A DNA stretch of 64,000 nt from Candidatus Moraniibacteriota bacterium. Its GTDB lineage: Bacteria; Patescibacteriota; Minisyncoccia; Moranbacterales; UBA1568. Positions 46,444 through 54,736 of this stretch are shown one piece after another. The notes under the pieces are model-generated. The model made no database searches, had not been told where the DNA came from, and was given only the letters and a program-made list of their open reading frames with translations. Made by a program: the position numbers and the translations under genes. The stretch spans positions 257,222-321,221 of the forward strand of contig CP064994.1 of assembly GCA_016699975.1 (NCBI GenBank), written 5' to 3'. Numbering within the stretch: position 1 is the first letter of the stretch; every line of letters begins with the position of its first letter.

Positions 46444-48192
46444 TTGGATAGGATGAACGATATGAAACAGGTGATACAAGAATCAATTTTCCGAGCGATC
46501 TCTTTCCTTTTCGAAAAGGATGCTTCCGAGTTTTCCCCCAGGGAGACAGATATCGCAATTATTCCTCCAAAAGACGAGTCTCACGGAGATTTTTCGACAA
46601 ATATAGGAATGGTGCTCGCCAAGCCACTTCACAAGTCGCCGATCGAGATCGCGCGCCTTCTTGCAGAGAATCTTCAGAGTGACGAGAGAATGAAACAATT
46701 TCGAATCGAAGCCGTGGTGCCCGGATATCTCAATTTTTCCTATACGGATGAAGCGCTTGTCGAATGGGGAGAGACGGTTGTAAGGCAAGGAACAATTCCC
46801 AAATTTTTCGAGACTTCGACCGGAAACAATGCTCCTGCCCGATTTCTCCTCGAATTTATTTCTGCGAATCCGACGGGGCCGCTTCACCTTGGAAATGCAC
46901 GAGGAGGATTTTTGGGCGATGCGCTTTCGAAGGTCCTTAGGAGAGCGGGCCATGCCGTTTCGACCGAATACTATGTGAACGATGCTGGCGAACAAATGGA
47001 GAAGCTTGGACACAGTGTTCTCAAAGATAGCGAAGCGGTATATGGCGGAACTTACATCGACCTCCTTCATGAAGAATTCGAATGTGAGCGCGAAAGAAAG
47101 AGCGCGGTTTTCAGTGCCAGTTCTCACGTGTCGGAAACTGGCAAACAGCAAACAACAGAGGAAGTATTCCCTAATCCGAGGGCAGTAGGCACGTGGGCGG
47201 GGAAGCGCATTCTGGAAACTTCCATCAAACCGACTCTTCTTGCAAAAATGGGTATTCATTTCGACGCTTTTGTTTTTGAAAAACATGATGTCGTTGAAAG
47301 AGGATATGTCGATCAGGCGATTCGCATTTTCCAAGAGAACCACCATACCTTTGAACACGATGGCGCTCTCTGGCTCAAGACGACGAAATTTGGCGACGAC
47401 AAAGATCGTGTCCTTGTCAAACAAACCGGCGAGCGAACCTATTTTGCATCGGATTGCGGCTACCTCCTCCACAAAAAAGAGCGTGGTTTCGATCGAGTCG
47501 TTCATATTCTCGGAGCGGATCACCATGGCTATGTCTCGCGCCTTCGCGCTGCAGCGGAAGCGCTTGGCTTCGAGCGAGACGCAGTGAGTTGTGTTCTGGT
47601 ACAGCTTGTTCGACTCGTGAGAAACGGCGAAGAAGTTCGTATGAGTAAGCGCGCCGGTACGGTGGTCACGATCGATGACCTCGTCGATATGGTAGGGAAA
47701 GATGTTGCGCGATTTTTTTTCGCGCTGTATCACCCGGATACGCATCTTAATTTTGATCTCAGTCTTGCGGAAGAACGGAGTCGGAAAAATCCCGTGTATT
47801 TTGTGCAATACGCACATGCGAGAATGTCGAGTATTCTTGGGAAGGCGCAGTCGTTTTTTCAGGAAGAAGGCATTCCTGCGACAATTTCCTACGAGGCACG
47901 CTCTTTCGAATCGGTATTTCCGCTTCATTCCAAGGAACGGCTTCTCGTTCGCCATCTCATAAAATTTTCGGACGTTGTTCTTGACTGTTCAGAATCGCTT
48001 ACGGTACACCAACTACCACAGTACGCGATTCGCCTCGCTGATATCTTTCATTCCTTTTACGACGAATGCGTCGTACTTGACCGAAGTGATATATTGAGAA
48101 CGCGTGCGCGTCTCGCACTCGTTTCGGCAGCACAGATCACGCTTGGCGAAACACTCTCCCTTCTTGGTGTCTCGGCACCCGAACACATGTAG
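46444..48192 (+). CDS. argS: Arginine--tRNA ligase
   Basis: Class I HIGH-like region (...SANPTGPLHLGNARGGFLGD...), an Arg-tRNA synthetase anticodon-binding C-terminus and the terminal ...M. The track start at 46444 is TTG; the ATGs at 46453 or 46462 are likelier starts. Confidence 0.9.
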   Translation: MDRMNDMKQVIQESIFRAISFLFEKDASEFSPRETDIAIIPPKDESHGDFSTNIGMVLAKPLHKSPIEIARLLAENLQSDERMKQFRIEAVVPGYLNFSYTDEALVEWGETVVRQGTIPKFFETSTGNNAPARFLLEFISANPTGPLHLGNARGGFLGDALSKVLRRAGHAVSTEYYVNDAGEQMEKLGHSVLKDSEAVYGGTYIDLLHEEFECERERKSAVFSASSHVSETGKQQTTEEVFPNPRAVGTWAGKRILETSIKPTLLAKMGIHFDAFVFEKHDVVERGYVDQAIRIFQENHHTFEHDGALWLKTTKFGDDKDRVLVKQTGERTYFASDCGYLLHKKERGFDRVVHILGADHHGYVSRLRAAAEALGFERDAVSCVLVQLVRLVRNGEEVRMSKRAGTVVTIDDLVDMVGKDVARFFFALYHPDTHLNFDLSLAEERSRKNPVYFVQYAHARMSSILGKAQSFFQEEGIPATISYEARSFESVFPLHSKERLLVRHLIKFSDVVLDCSESLTVHQLPQYAIRLADIFHSFYDECVVLDRSDILRTRARLALVSAAQITLGETLSLLGVSAPEHM

Positions 48193-48323
48193 CCCTTAAT
48201 CGTGTTTGTTGGAAAAAGTTCGAAAGACTTTCGAGTACAATCCAAATGAATTGAATTTGTCCGGAAGAACAAATTTGCCCTTCCTCGGTTCTTTCCATGT
48301 CTACAAGAGGGGTGTGGGGAGGA

Positions 48324-48437
48324 ATGCGGTTGGGTTTCAGACTAGAGTTGGACGAAGACTCACATCCGATTATTAAGATAATTCAAAAAATTGCGAAAGC
48401 TCTTGGTGTTTCGGTCGATGACCTTTTGAAAAAATAA
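48324..48437 (+). CDS. Truncated XRE-family HTH fragment (C-terminal half of a Cro/C1-type domain)
   Basis: 37-aa MRLGFRLELDEDSHPIIKIIQKIAKALGVSVDDLLKK*. The ...IAKALGVSVDDLL ending is typical of HTH_3 helices 4-5. Too short for the ORF track. Marks the start of the AT-rich island. Confidence 0.3.
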   Translation: MRLGFRLELDEDSHPIIKIIQKIAKALGVSVDDLLKK

Positions 48438-48594
48438 ATTTATGGACCTCTCGCATCTCGACAAAAAATATTTTATTGACCCAGAGGAAAGAAAAGAACG
48501 GTTCGGAGTTCTTGGTCAGATGAAATCAATTTTCGCCAACTCAAAAAATCCACCAGAGGAAACCATATCTCAGGAGGAAGTTAAAGAATAGCTT

Positions 48595-49593
48595 ATGAAT
48601 GCCCATTCCATTACAGTATCAAACCTCACAAAGAAGTTTTCTTTCTCTGCAAGAAACGTATCTTCGGGTTGGTTGAGAAATTTGTTCTTGCCCGAAACGA
48701 AAGAAATTGTAGCGGTAAATGACATTTCTTTTTCGGTCAAACGCGGAGAACGCATAGCATTCATCGGCCCCAACGGCGCTGGTAAATCTACCACGATTAA
48801 AATGCTTACTGGCATACTTTTTCCAACTTCCGGCACAGTAAATATCCTCGGTTTTGATCCGACAAAAGATCGAAAGAAACTTGCCTACCAAATCGGTACA
48901 GTTTTTGGTCAGCGTTCACAACTTTTGCCAAATCTACCGCTCACAGATTCACTCGAATTTTTTGGAGTGATGTATGATATGCCCGAAAAAGAAATCAAGA
49001 AAAGAATTGTCGAACTTGTAGAGCTTTTTGATCTTAGCTCATTCATTGCTCAACCAGTCCGTAAACTTTCCCTTGGTCAGCGTATGCGAGCAGAAGTCGC
49101 GGCTTCTTTGATTCACAAACCAAAGATTATACTTCTTGATGAGCCGACAATTGGGCTTGATGTTGTTGCAAAAAAATCACTTCGCGATTTGTTGCTCAAA
49201 ATAAACAAAGAAGAAAATACTACAATATTTTTAACTTCTCACGATGTCGGCGATATTGAATCTCTTTGTGACAGAACAATAGTTATCAATCATGGAGTAG
49301 TGATAAGAGATTTGCCTACGCAAGATTTGGCAAAGACTTTTGTTTATGAAAAATATATCGATCTTGTTGCATTAAGCAATTTTAATAATTTTCCTGAACT
49401 TCCAGAAGGTATAAGATATTCCTCGAAAGATAAGAATAAAGTTACTGTCGTTGTTGATATTAATAAAATCAATGTTCAGGAATCTTTGAAAAAATTGCTT
49501 TATCTGTTTGAAGTCGAGGATATTGATGTGTACAATGCTAACCTCGAAACAGTAATCAGGCATATTTATGAAAGAGATTCGACTCGCAATTAA
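48595..49593 (+). CDS. ABC transporter ATP-binding protein (ABC-2/DrrA/LnrL-like) with a C-terminal accessory domain
   Basis: Walker A GPNGAGKSTT, Q-loop, signature LSLGQRMRAEVAASL and Walker B ILLDEPTIGLD. About 100 extra C-terminal residues. About 37% GC. Confidence 0.8.
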   Translation: MNAHSITVSNLTKKFSFSARNVSSGWLRNLFLPETKEIVAVNDISFSVKRGERIAFIGPNGAGKSTTIKMLTGILFPTSGTVNILGFDPTKDRKKLAYQIGTVFGQRSQLLPNLPLTDSLEFFGVMYDMPEKEIKKRIVELVELFDLSSFIAQPVRKLSLGQRMRAEVAASLIHKPKIILLDEPTIGLDVVAKKSLRDLLLKINKEENTTIFLTSHDVGDIESLCDRTIVINHGVVIRDLPTQDLAKTFVYEKYIDLVALSNFNNFPELPEGIRYSSKDKNKVTVVVDINKINVQESLKKLLYLFEVEDIDVYNANLETVIRHIYERDSTRN

Positions 49594-50368
49594 AATATTA
49601 AAGACGCTTGTCAAAGATCGGATTCAATATCCCGATAGACTTGTCGTTGATACTATCGGTATTATTGCACGATGTGGAATACTTTTAATTTTGTATTCGT
49701 ATGTTTTTAAATTGAGTAATGGCGCAATAAACGGCACAACATTTCTTTTTGCTGCGTGGAGTATTTTTTTCTATTTCTCATTTTCAGTACTACGATTGCG
49801 TGATATTTCTCGGGAAATTATGAAAGATATCCAAACTGGAAATGTTGAAGTGCTATTGAGCAAACCAATATCTTATCTTTCGTATCGAATGTGGTGGCAG
49901 GTTGGCTCAGGTATATATTCTTTTGTTGTCATAACATTATTGGCGGTAGTCACTTTGTTTTTTAGTATCGGTCTTCCGTCAACAATGACAATCAGCATTT
50001 TTCTTCCCACGCTGCTTTTAACTTTCTTTTGCGGAGTAATACTTTCACTATTTTTGTATACAATGGTTGGCCTTTTATCTTTTTGGATAGAAGATATAAA
50101 CCCAGTTTTTTGGATTGTAGATAAAGCCGTTATGATTCTTGGTGGCTCGTATCTCCCCGTTGCTCTCTTTCCAGCATTTATGTTTAAGATTGCTTTGTGG
50201 AGTCCGTTTGGTGCTTCGCAATTTGTAACACATACCGTTTACAAAACTTGGCAGACAAACTGGTATCAACTTGTCGGTATTCAATTATTTTGGATTGTTT
50301 TGCTGGGGCTGGTTGTTTATTTTATGTTTGAAAGTGCAAAGAAAAAAGTATCCGTAAACGGAGGGTAA
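49568..50368 (+). CDS. ABC-2 family transporter permease
   Basis: 266 aa with 6 predicted TM helices. Translationally coupled to the ATPase (overlap). Confidence 0.6.
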   Translation: MKEIRLAIKILKTLVKDRIQYPDRLVVDTIGIIARCGILLILYSYVFKLSNGAINGTTFLFAAWSIFFYFSFSVLRLRDISREIMKDIQTGNVEVLLSKPISYLSYRMWWQVGSGIYSFVVITLLAVVTLFFSIGLPSTMTISIFLPTLLLTFFCGVILSLFLYTMVGLLSFWIEDINPVFWIVDKAVMILGGSYLPVALFPAFMFKIALWSPFGASQFVTHTVYKTWQTNWYQLVGIQLFWIVLLGLVVYFMFESAKKKVSVNGG

Positions 50369-50372
50369 ATTT

Positions 50373-51167
50373 ATGATGAAAGAATTACATTTTGCGTTGT
50401 ACGCAATAAAAAAGAATATCCAAAGCAGTGCCGAGCTTCGCACAAGTTTTCTGATGAATATTGTTGGAATGAGCATCAACAATACGGCTTTTATAATTTT
50501 GTGGGGATTTTTTGTAAAATCTGTTGGAGTTATTGGTGGTTGGACAGTTGCTGACATCATTGGCTTGCAAGGTTTCGCTGCTCTCTGTTTTGGCATTGTA
50601 TTTTCTGCAGGGGCTGGAATCAGAAAACTTGCAGAGTATACAGCTTCGGGAGCATTTGATCGATTTATGCTTTCGCCAAAAAATCTCCTTGTGAGAATTG
50701 CAACATCGTCATTTGGTGTTTCTGCTCTTGGCGATATAGTTTTTGGAATTGTGTGTTTGGGAATTTATACTTTTCTTATTCAAGCAACAATCCAACAGAT
50801 CTTACTTATCGTATTGCTTGTTGCTATCTCCACGATGGTATTTTTGTCAGCTGCAATAGTGATTTATTCAACGAGTTTCTTCTTTACAGACGCTACTTCT
50901 GTAACAGGAAGTTTGTTTGAATTATTTCTGACTCCTTCGCTATTTCATGGTGGTGCTTTTCAGGGAGCAATGAGATTTATTTTTACATTCGCAATCCCGT
51001 CACTTTTGATTGGCGCTTTGCCAGTTGAAATAGTGAGGGATATTTCTTTAGGAAAACTTTTGTTAGTCAGCGTTCTTGCTACATTTTGGTTTATTGTTTC
51101 AATAAATATATTTAAGAGAGCAGTCAAGAGATATGAAAGTTCTAATTTTATGACTTTTGGGAATTAG
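50373..51167 (+). CDS. ABC-2 family transporter permease (second permease)
   Basis: 264 aa with 6 predicted TM helices. Lies 4 nt after the previous gene. The one-ATPase, two-permease layout matches LnrLMN/YfiLMN-type exporters. Confidence 0.6.
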   Translation: MMKELHFALYAIKKNIQSSAELRTSFLMNIVGMSINNTAFIILWGFFVKSVGVIGGWTVADIIGLQGFAALCFGIVFSAGAGIRKLAEYTASGAFDRFMLSPKNLLVRIATSSFGVSALGDIVFGIVCLGIYTFLIQATIQQILLIVLLVAISTMVFLSAAIVIYSTSFFFTDATSVTGSLFELFLTPSLFHGGAFQGAMRFIFTFAIPSLLIGALPVEIVRDISLGKLLLVSVLATFWFIVSINIFKRAVKRYESSNFMTFGN

Positions 51168-51169
51168 GG

Positions 51170-51430
51170 GTCGCCGAATTTCCGAAAACCTCGGAAAAGG
51201 AAGGGGGGTTGGTGCCCCGCGCCCCGGGGGGAGTTTGGTGGGGGGGGTGACTCTGTCTAAATCTACTAACTTTCTTTCACACCTCTTCTTGTTTGGGACG
51301 GCGGGGTAAACGGCTTGTTGAGAGGCAAGAGAGGTGGTCGTTTTCTTCAATCCATTTTCCAAGAATCGGGGGGGTGGGCGGGGGGGGGGGGGGGTGGGTT
51401 GTGCGGGGGGGGGGGGGGGGGGTTTTCTCA
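51170..51430. repeat. Poly-G / G-rich low-complexity block (probable assembly or base-calling artefact, or contig junction)
   Basis: Runs of G6 to G17 (for example gggggggggggggggtgggttgtgcggggggggggggggggg) are interspersed with short unique sequence, immediately after the AT-rich island. No coding potential. Confidence 0.5.
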
Positions 51431-51828
51431 TAGCAGTTGCGTACTCATTTAGCTGTGCATCTTGGTGTCTCTCTAAACGTGCTCCCCCGTCTACTTCCGG
51501 TGAAGAACGCTTCTTCGATCGCTTCGAAAATGTTTCTTGTCTTGTGCGGGTATGAACACTATCATTCTTGACAGAAGTGTTTTTCTCTGCTAATTTTTTT
51601 GGTTCGGTTTCGAGCGAGAAGACCTTTCTCGAGATCGAGTTTCATGGCAATTTTGATTGCTCTTTAACAATGTGCGCCCTGGTTTCGATATATCAATGGG
51701 GTCAGGAAAATCGATGCGGCGGAGAGAATTTTTCATAAGAGAGTATTCCTCTTCTTTTACTTTCAAGAAGTTTTTCCGCCGTGTCGATGAAATTTTTTTT
51801 CCTTATACCTCAAATAGGAGGGTGATTA

Positions 51829-52212
51829 ATGAATGCGTATACACAAAAGATTGTTCGATTGAGAGTTGATTTGGTAAAAGTTCCAGGGGAAGAATCCTCG
51901 CTTCTTGTTATCTTTGTTCCTCGTGACGCTCCCTCGTTGAGAGAGAGAAGCATCTTGTCATTCAAGTTTTTTCTGTATGATCCAAAGTGTCACGACTACC
52001 GGACGAAAAGGTTGCCCTTTGATTTTTTCTCTCATCACATTACTTCGATCGGCAGTCGTCTTTTTGATGCGTTTTCTTTTACTCGCGGAGAGTGGTCGGC
52101 AGATCTTGGGTATGCGGAACTTCCGCAAAATTATCCACAGCGCCGGATCATCGCGAGTGCTATTCCTTGTCCTCGGGACGAGAGATATGTGCAATTAACC
52201 GTTTTGTTTTAG
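51829..52212 (+). CDS. Hypothetical protein (127 aa)
   Basis: Good SD (AGGAGGGTGATTA ATG). No recognizable domain. Confidence 0.4.
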   Translation: MNAYTQKIVRLRVDLVKVPGEESSLLVIFVPRDAPSLRERSILSFKFFLYDPKCHDYRTKRLPFDFFSHHITSIGSRLFDAFSFTRGEWSADLGYAELPQNYPQRRIIASAIPCPRDERYVQLTVLF

Positions 52213-52223
52213 GAGGTAGGAAA

Positions 52224-52718
52224 ATGAAAAAGAAGTTCCTGATATTTCTCTTTGCTTTGATAGCGGGTGCTACAGGTTGTGCGGGTATTCCTGTGTCACA
52301 AGATGTGACCGATACTCGGTCACTCGATATGAACGTACAGGGATGTACGGTTTTTACCGCCGTATCCGTTGATGGGATCGGTTCCGATGGTCGAACTTAC
52401 CATCGGTATGGCCGGGTTTTCTTTTTTCCCGAGAGCGGGATGTTTGGATATAATCCGGACTTTACCGAAATTTCGGGCGCTCTCAGTTTCATGACGGGAG
52501 GAATCGTGCGTCCCGGTGCTGAGCATGTGCAGTACGCGCGCCTCAAGCGCGGTTCGGATGGAGAACTTATTCTGTTTCTTATGAGCCAGGGGCACTCCGG
52601 GAAATTTCAGCGAACACCGATTTTTCACCGGGATCTAAGGGTAGCAGTGGAGCTTTCCGCGGTCTTCCTCCAGACAGGAAGGAATCTTTCGGAATGCCCG
52701 GAAGTGGTTTTCCGATAG
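52224..52718 (+). CDS. Putative lipoprotein (164 aa)
   Basis: The signal peptide MKKKFLIFLFALIAGATGC has lipobox A-T-G-C. The SD AGGAGG lies 7 nt upstream. The track ORF starts further upstream in-frame, but the internal Met fits the signal peptide. Confidence 0.5.
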   Translation: MKKKFLIFLFALIAGATGCAGIPVSQDVTDTRSLDMNVQGCTVFTAVSVDGIGSDGRTYHRYGRVFFFPESGMFGYNPDFTEISGALSFMTGGIVRPGAEHVQYARLKRGSDGELILFLMSQGHSGKFQRTPIFHRDLRVAVELSAVFLQTGRNLSECPEVVFR

Positions 52719-53019
52719 AAAAAATTAAAAAATCACAGAGAGTATGAATTTTAGCGATCGGGGCTCCGGTCGCTTTTTTCTTGACGTTTTTTCCGCTTGC
52801 ACGGCAGCGACATTTGTATCAGTATTCAAAGGTATCCGACTCGTGCGGAGAAAACATAATTCGAATGAAACGATTTGCTATGCTTTTTGTGAACGAACAC
52901 AGAACCATCGACAATCGCGTCGGGCGCTTTGGCGTCATTCTCTTTTTGATTGTTCTTGTTTATTTTTTGATTGGAATCGTCATCGATGTCGCATCTTTTT
53001 TGGAATAACGATTCTGCCC

Positions 53020-53595
53020 ATGAAAACCGTTTTTCTCCTCGTTCGTCATGGTGAAGCAGCGCACAATGTCGATCGAGTCGTGAGTTCTCTTCCCGAAACC
53101 AATGAGCGACACCTGACAGCGTTTGGTCGCGAACAAATCATGCTTCTTGCAAATACCGTGCAACAAGCGCCAGAAAAAGTTGCCCGAATTTTTCATTCGC
53201 CGCTTGCGCGGACGAGAGAGACAGCGGAAATTTTGGGAAAAACACTTGAGGCGCCGCTCACGGAAGATGTGCGACTTCGCGAGACAGACTTCGGGCGCTT
53301 CAATAACGCATCTATCGCATCGTTTCATGCAGCGTATCCGCAAAAAACGACGCGGTTTTGGACGTCGGGAAATGACGGGGTCGAAAGTTTCGCGACGGAG
53401 CGCGAGCGTGTTTCGTCGTTTTGTGACGACGTGTGTCGCGAATTCTCCGGACGATGTGTTCTGGTAGTATCGCATGCTGATACGCTTCAGATTCTCTACG
53501 GAATTCTTACCCACCTTTCTCTTGAGGAAACATTTTCATTCGATCGGGGAATTTGTCCCAAGACGGGGGAGATGGTTCGTGTGGAAAGAGGATGA
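53020..53595 (+). CDS. Histidine phosphatase family protein (phosphoglycerate-mutase-like)
   Basis: Catalytic RHGE motif (MKTVFLLVRHGEAAHN) and ...FHSPLARTRETAEIL.... The track ORF extends 276 nt upstream without support. Confidence 0.7.
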   Translation: MKTVFLLVRHGEAAHNVDRVVSSLPETNERHLTAFGREQIMLLANTVQQAPEKVARIFHSPLARTRETAEILGKTLEAPLTEDVRLRETDFGRFNNASIASFHAAYPQKTTRFWTSGNDGVESFATERERVSSFCDDVCREFSGRCVLVVSHADTLQILYGILTHLSLEETFSFDRGICPKTGEMVRVERG

Positions 53596-53780
53596 CCCTG
53601 TGCTTCGAAGTCACCGTCCTCATTCATCAAAAAACTTTTCCTCATTCTCCTATCGATTGTTTCGGACTCTCAGTATTCCACATCGCTTTGGAATGGAGCG
53701 TTCTTCTTTTCTTCCGTTTCTTCTTACAAAACTTTTCACTCTACATTATTTATAAAGGAGGTCTTCTCTCAAAAAGAAAG

Positions 53781-53808
53781 AACCCGTCGCGGTTGCGGCG
53801 GGTTTTTT
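53781..53808 (+). terminator. Rho-independent terminator
   Basis: 10-bp stem AACCCGTCGC/GCGGCGGGTT (one G-U) with loop GGTT, followed by TTTTGG. Lies 185 nt after the phosphatase gene. Confidence 0.55.
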
Positions 53809-54492
53809 GGTAGTTGTTTGGTCCTTTCTTTATTTCTTTTTTATTGTCTCGAAGGAGTGACTACTTTTCTATGATCACCTAGTTCGAGAAGGATTCCAGT
53901 GTCGTTTCCTTGACTCTCCGGATCAATTGGGACTTTGAATGCCCTCCATTTTTCGTTACCATTTTTTGGGGATTTTTGTGAAGGGTTTTTCTTGGGACAA
54001 TTTCCCGCTGCACCTTTCATCGCCGTTTCCCATTTGGCAGTCTGAAGGCGCGGGGAGTTTGGCGTCTTCCTCTTTGAGGTCGTTTTTGGGCTTTGTGGCG
54101 AGACCTCGGTTTGTCTTGAGTGTTTACATTTTGGATGAAAGCAATTAGAGCGCCACTGTGAATTTTCAAAAAAAATATTGTGAGAAAAGAGTTTTGCATA
54201 GGAAAGAAACCTCTCTATAAGTTGAAGTGCTGAGGTACTTCTGGCAGGTTTGACTTTCCGTCACCCTGTTTATTTGTAGGAGAAGAATTAGATTTTTGGT
54301 TTTTTGAACCCTGATCTCTGTTTGTTAAATCACAGAGTAACCTAAATCGTTCATGGGTACTTGCTGAGCGCCATCCTTTTCCTTGGAGATTTCTTCGAGA
54401 AGAGGACATATTTTCCTCCAGTTCTTTCGACTTGGTTGTTAAAGAATGTTGTCATTTTACAAAATTTTTTCATGCTGTCAAAGAGGAAGAAA

Positions 54493-54734
54493 ACATTTGA
54501 TTTTTTCTGAAGAATTTTGTAGGGTAAAGCTATCGGCAGTGATGAGGCAATCTCCTCGGAGCCGGAGGCAGAAATTTCGCATGTGCGAAACAGTAGACCC
54601 TCCCGGGTGAGCCCGTAACAGCGAGAATGAAGTCCGCTATTTGAGGCGGAGAATCAAGGTGGTACCACGTCCGATTTCTTCGAACGTCCTTGGCATGTAT
54701 TTCGTGCCGAGGATTTTTGTTTTTGTGAAGTGAA
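54493..54734 (+). promoter_or_regulatory. T-box riboswitch leader for ileS (specifier AUC)
   Basis: The T-box sequence AATCAAGGTGGTACCACG (54662-54679) matches the consensus AAnnnGGGUGGnACCGCG. A terminator hairpin CCTTGGCA-9 nt-TGCCGAGG plus ATTTTTGTTTTT ends 3 nt before the ileS ATG. The upstream stem I candidate GAGGA...TCCTC encloses GCUAUCGGCAGUGAUGA, which carries an AUC (Ile) codon and an AGUGA-like motif. Confidence 0.55.
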
Positions 54735-54736
54735 CT

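Noticed and set aside
51170-51430. Poly-G block interpreted as a biological G-quadruplex regulatory element
   Set aside because: The extreme G run lengths and the position at a compositional discontinuity fit a sequencing or assembly artefact better. It is kept as a finding for verification, not as a feature call.
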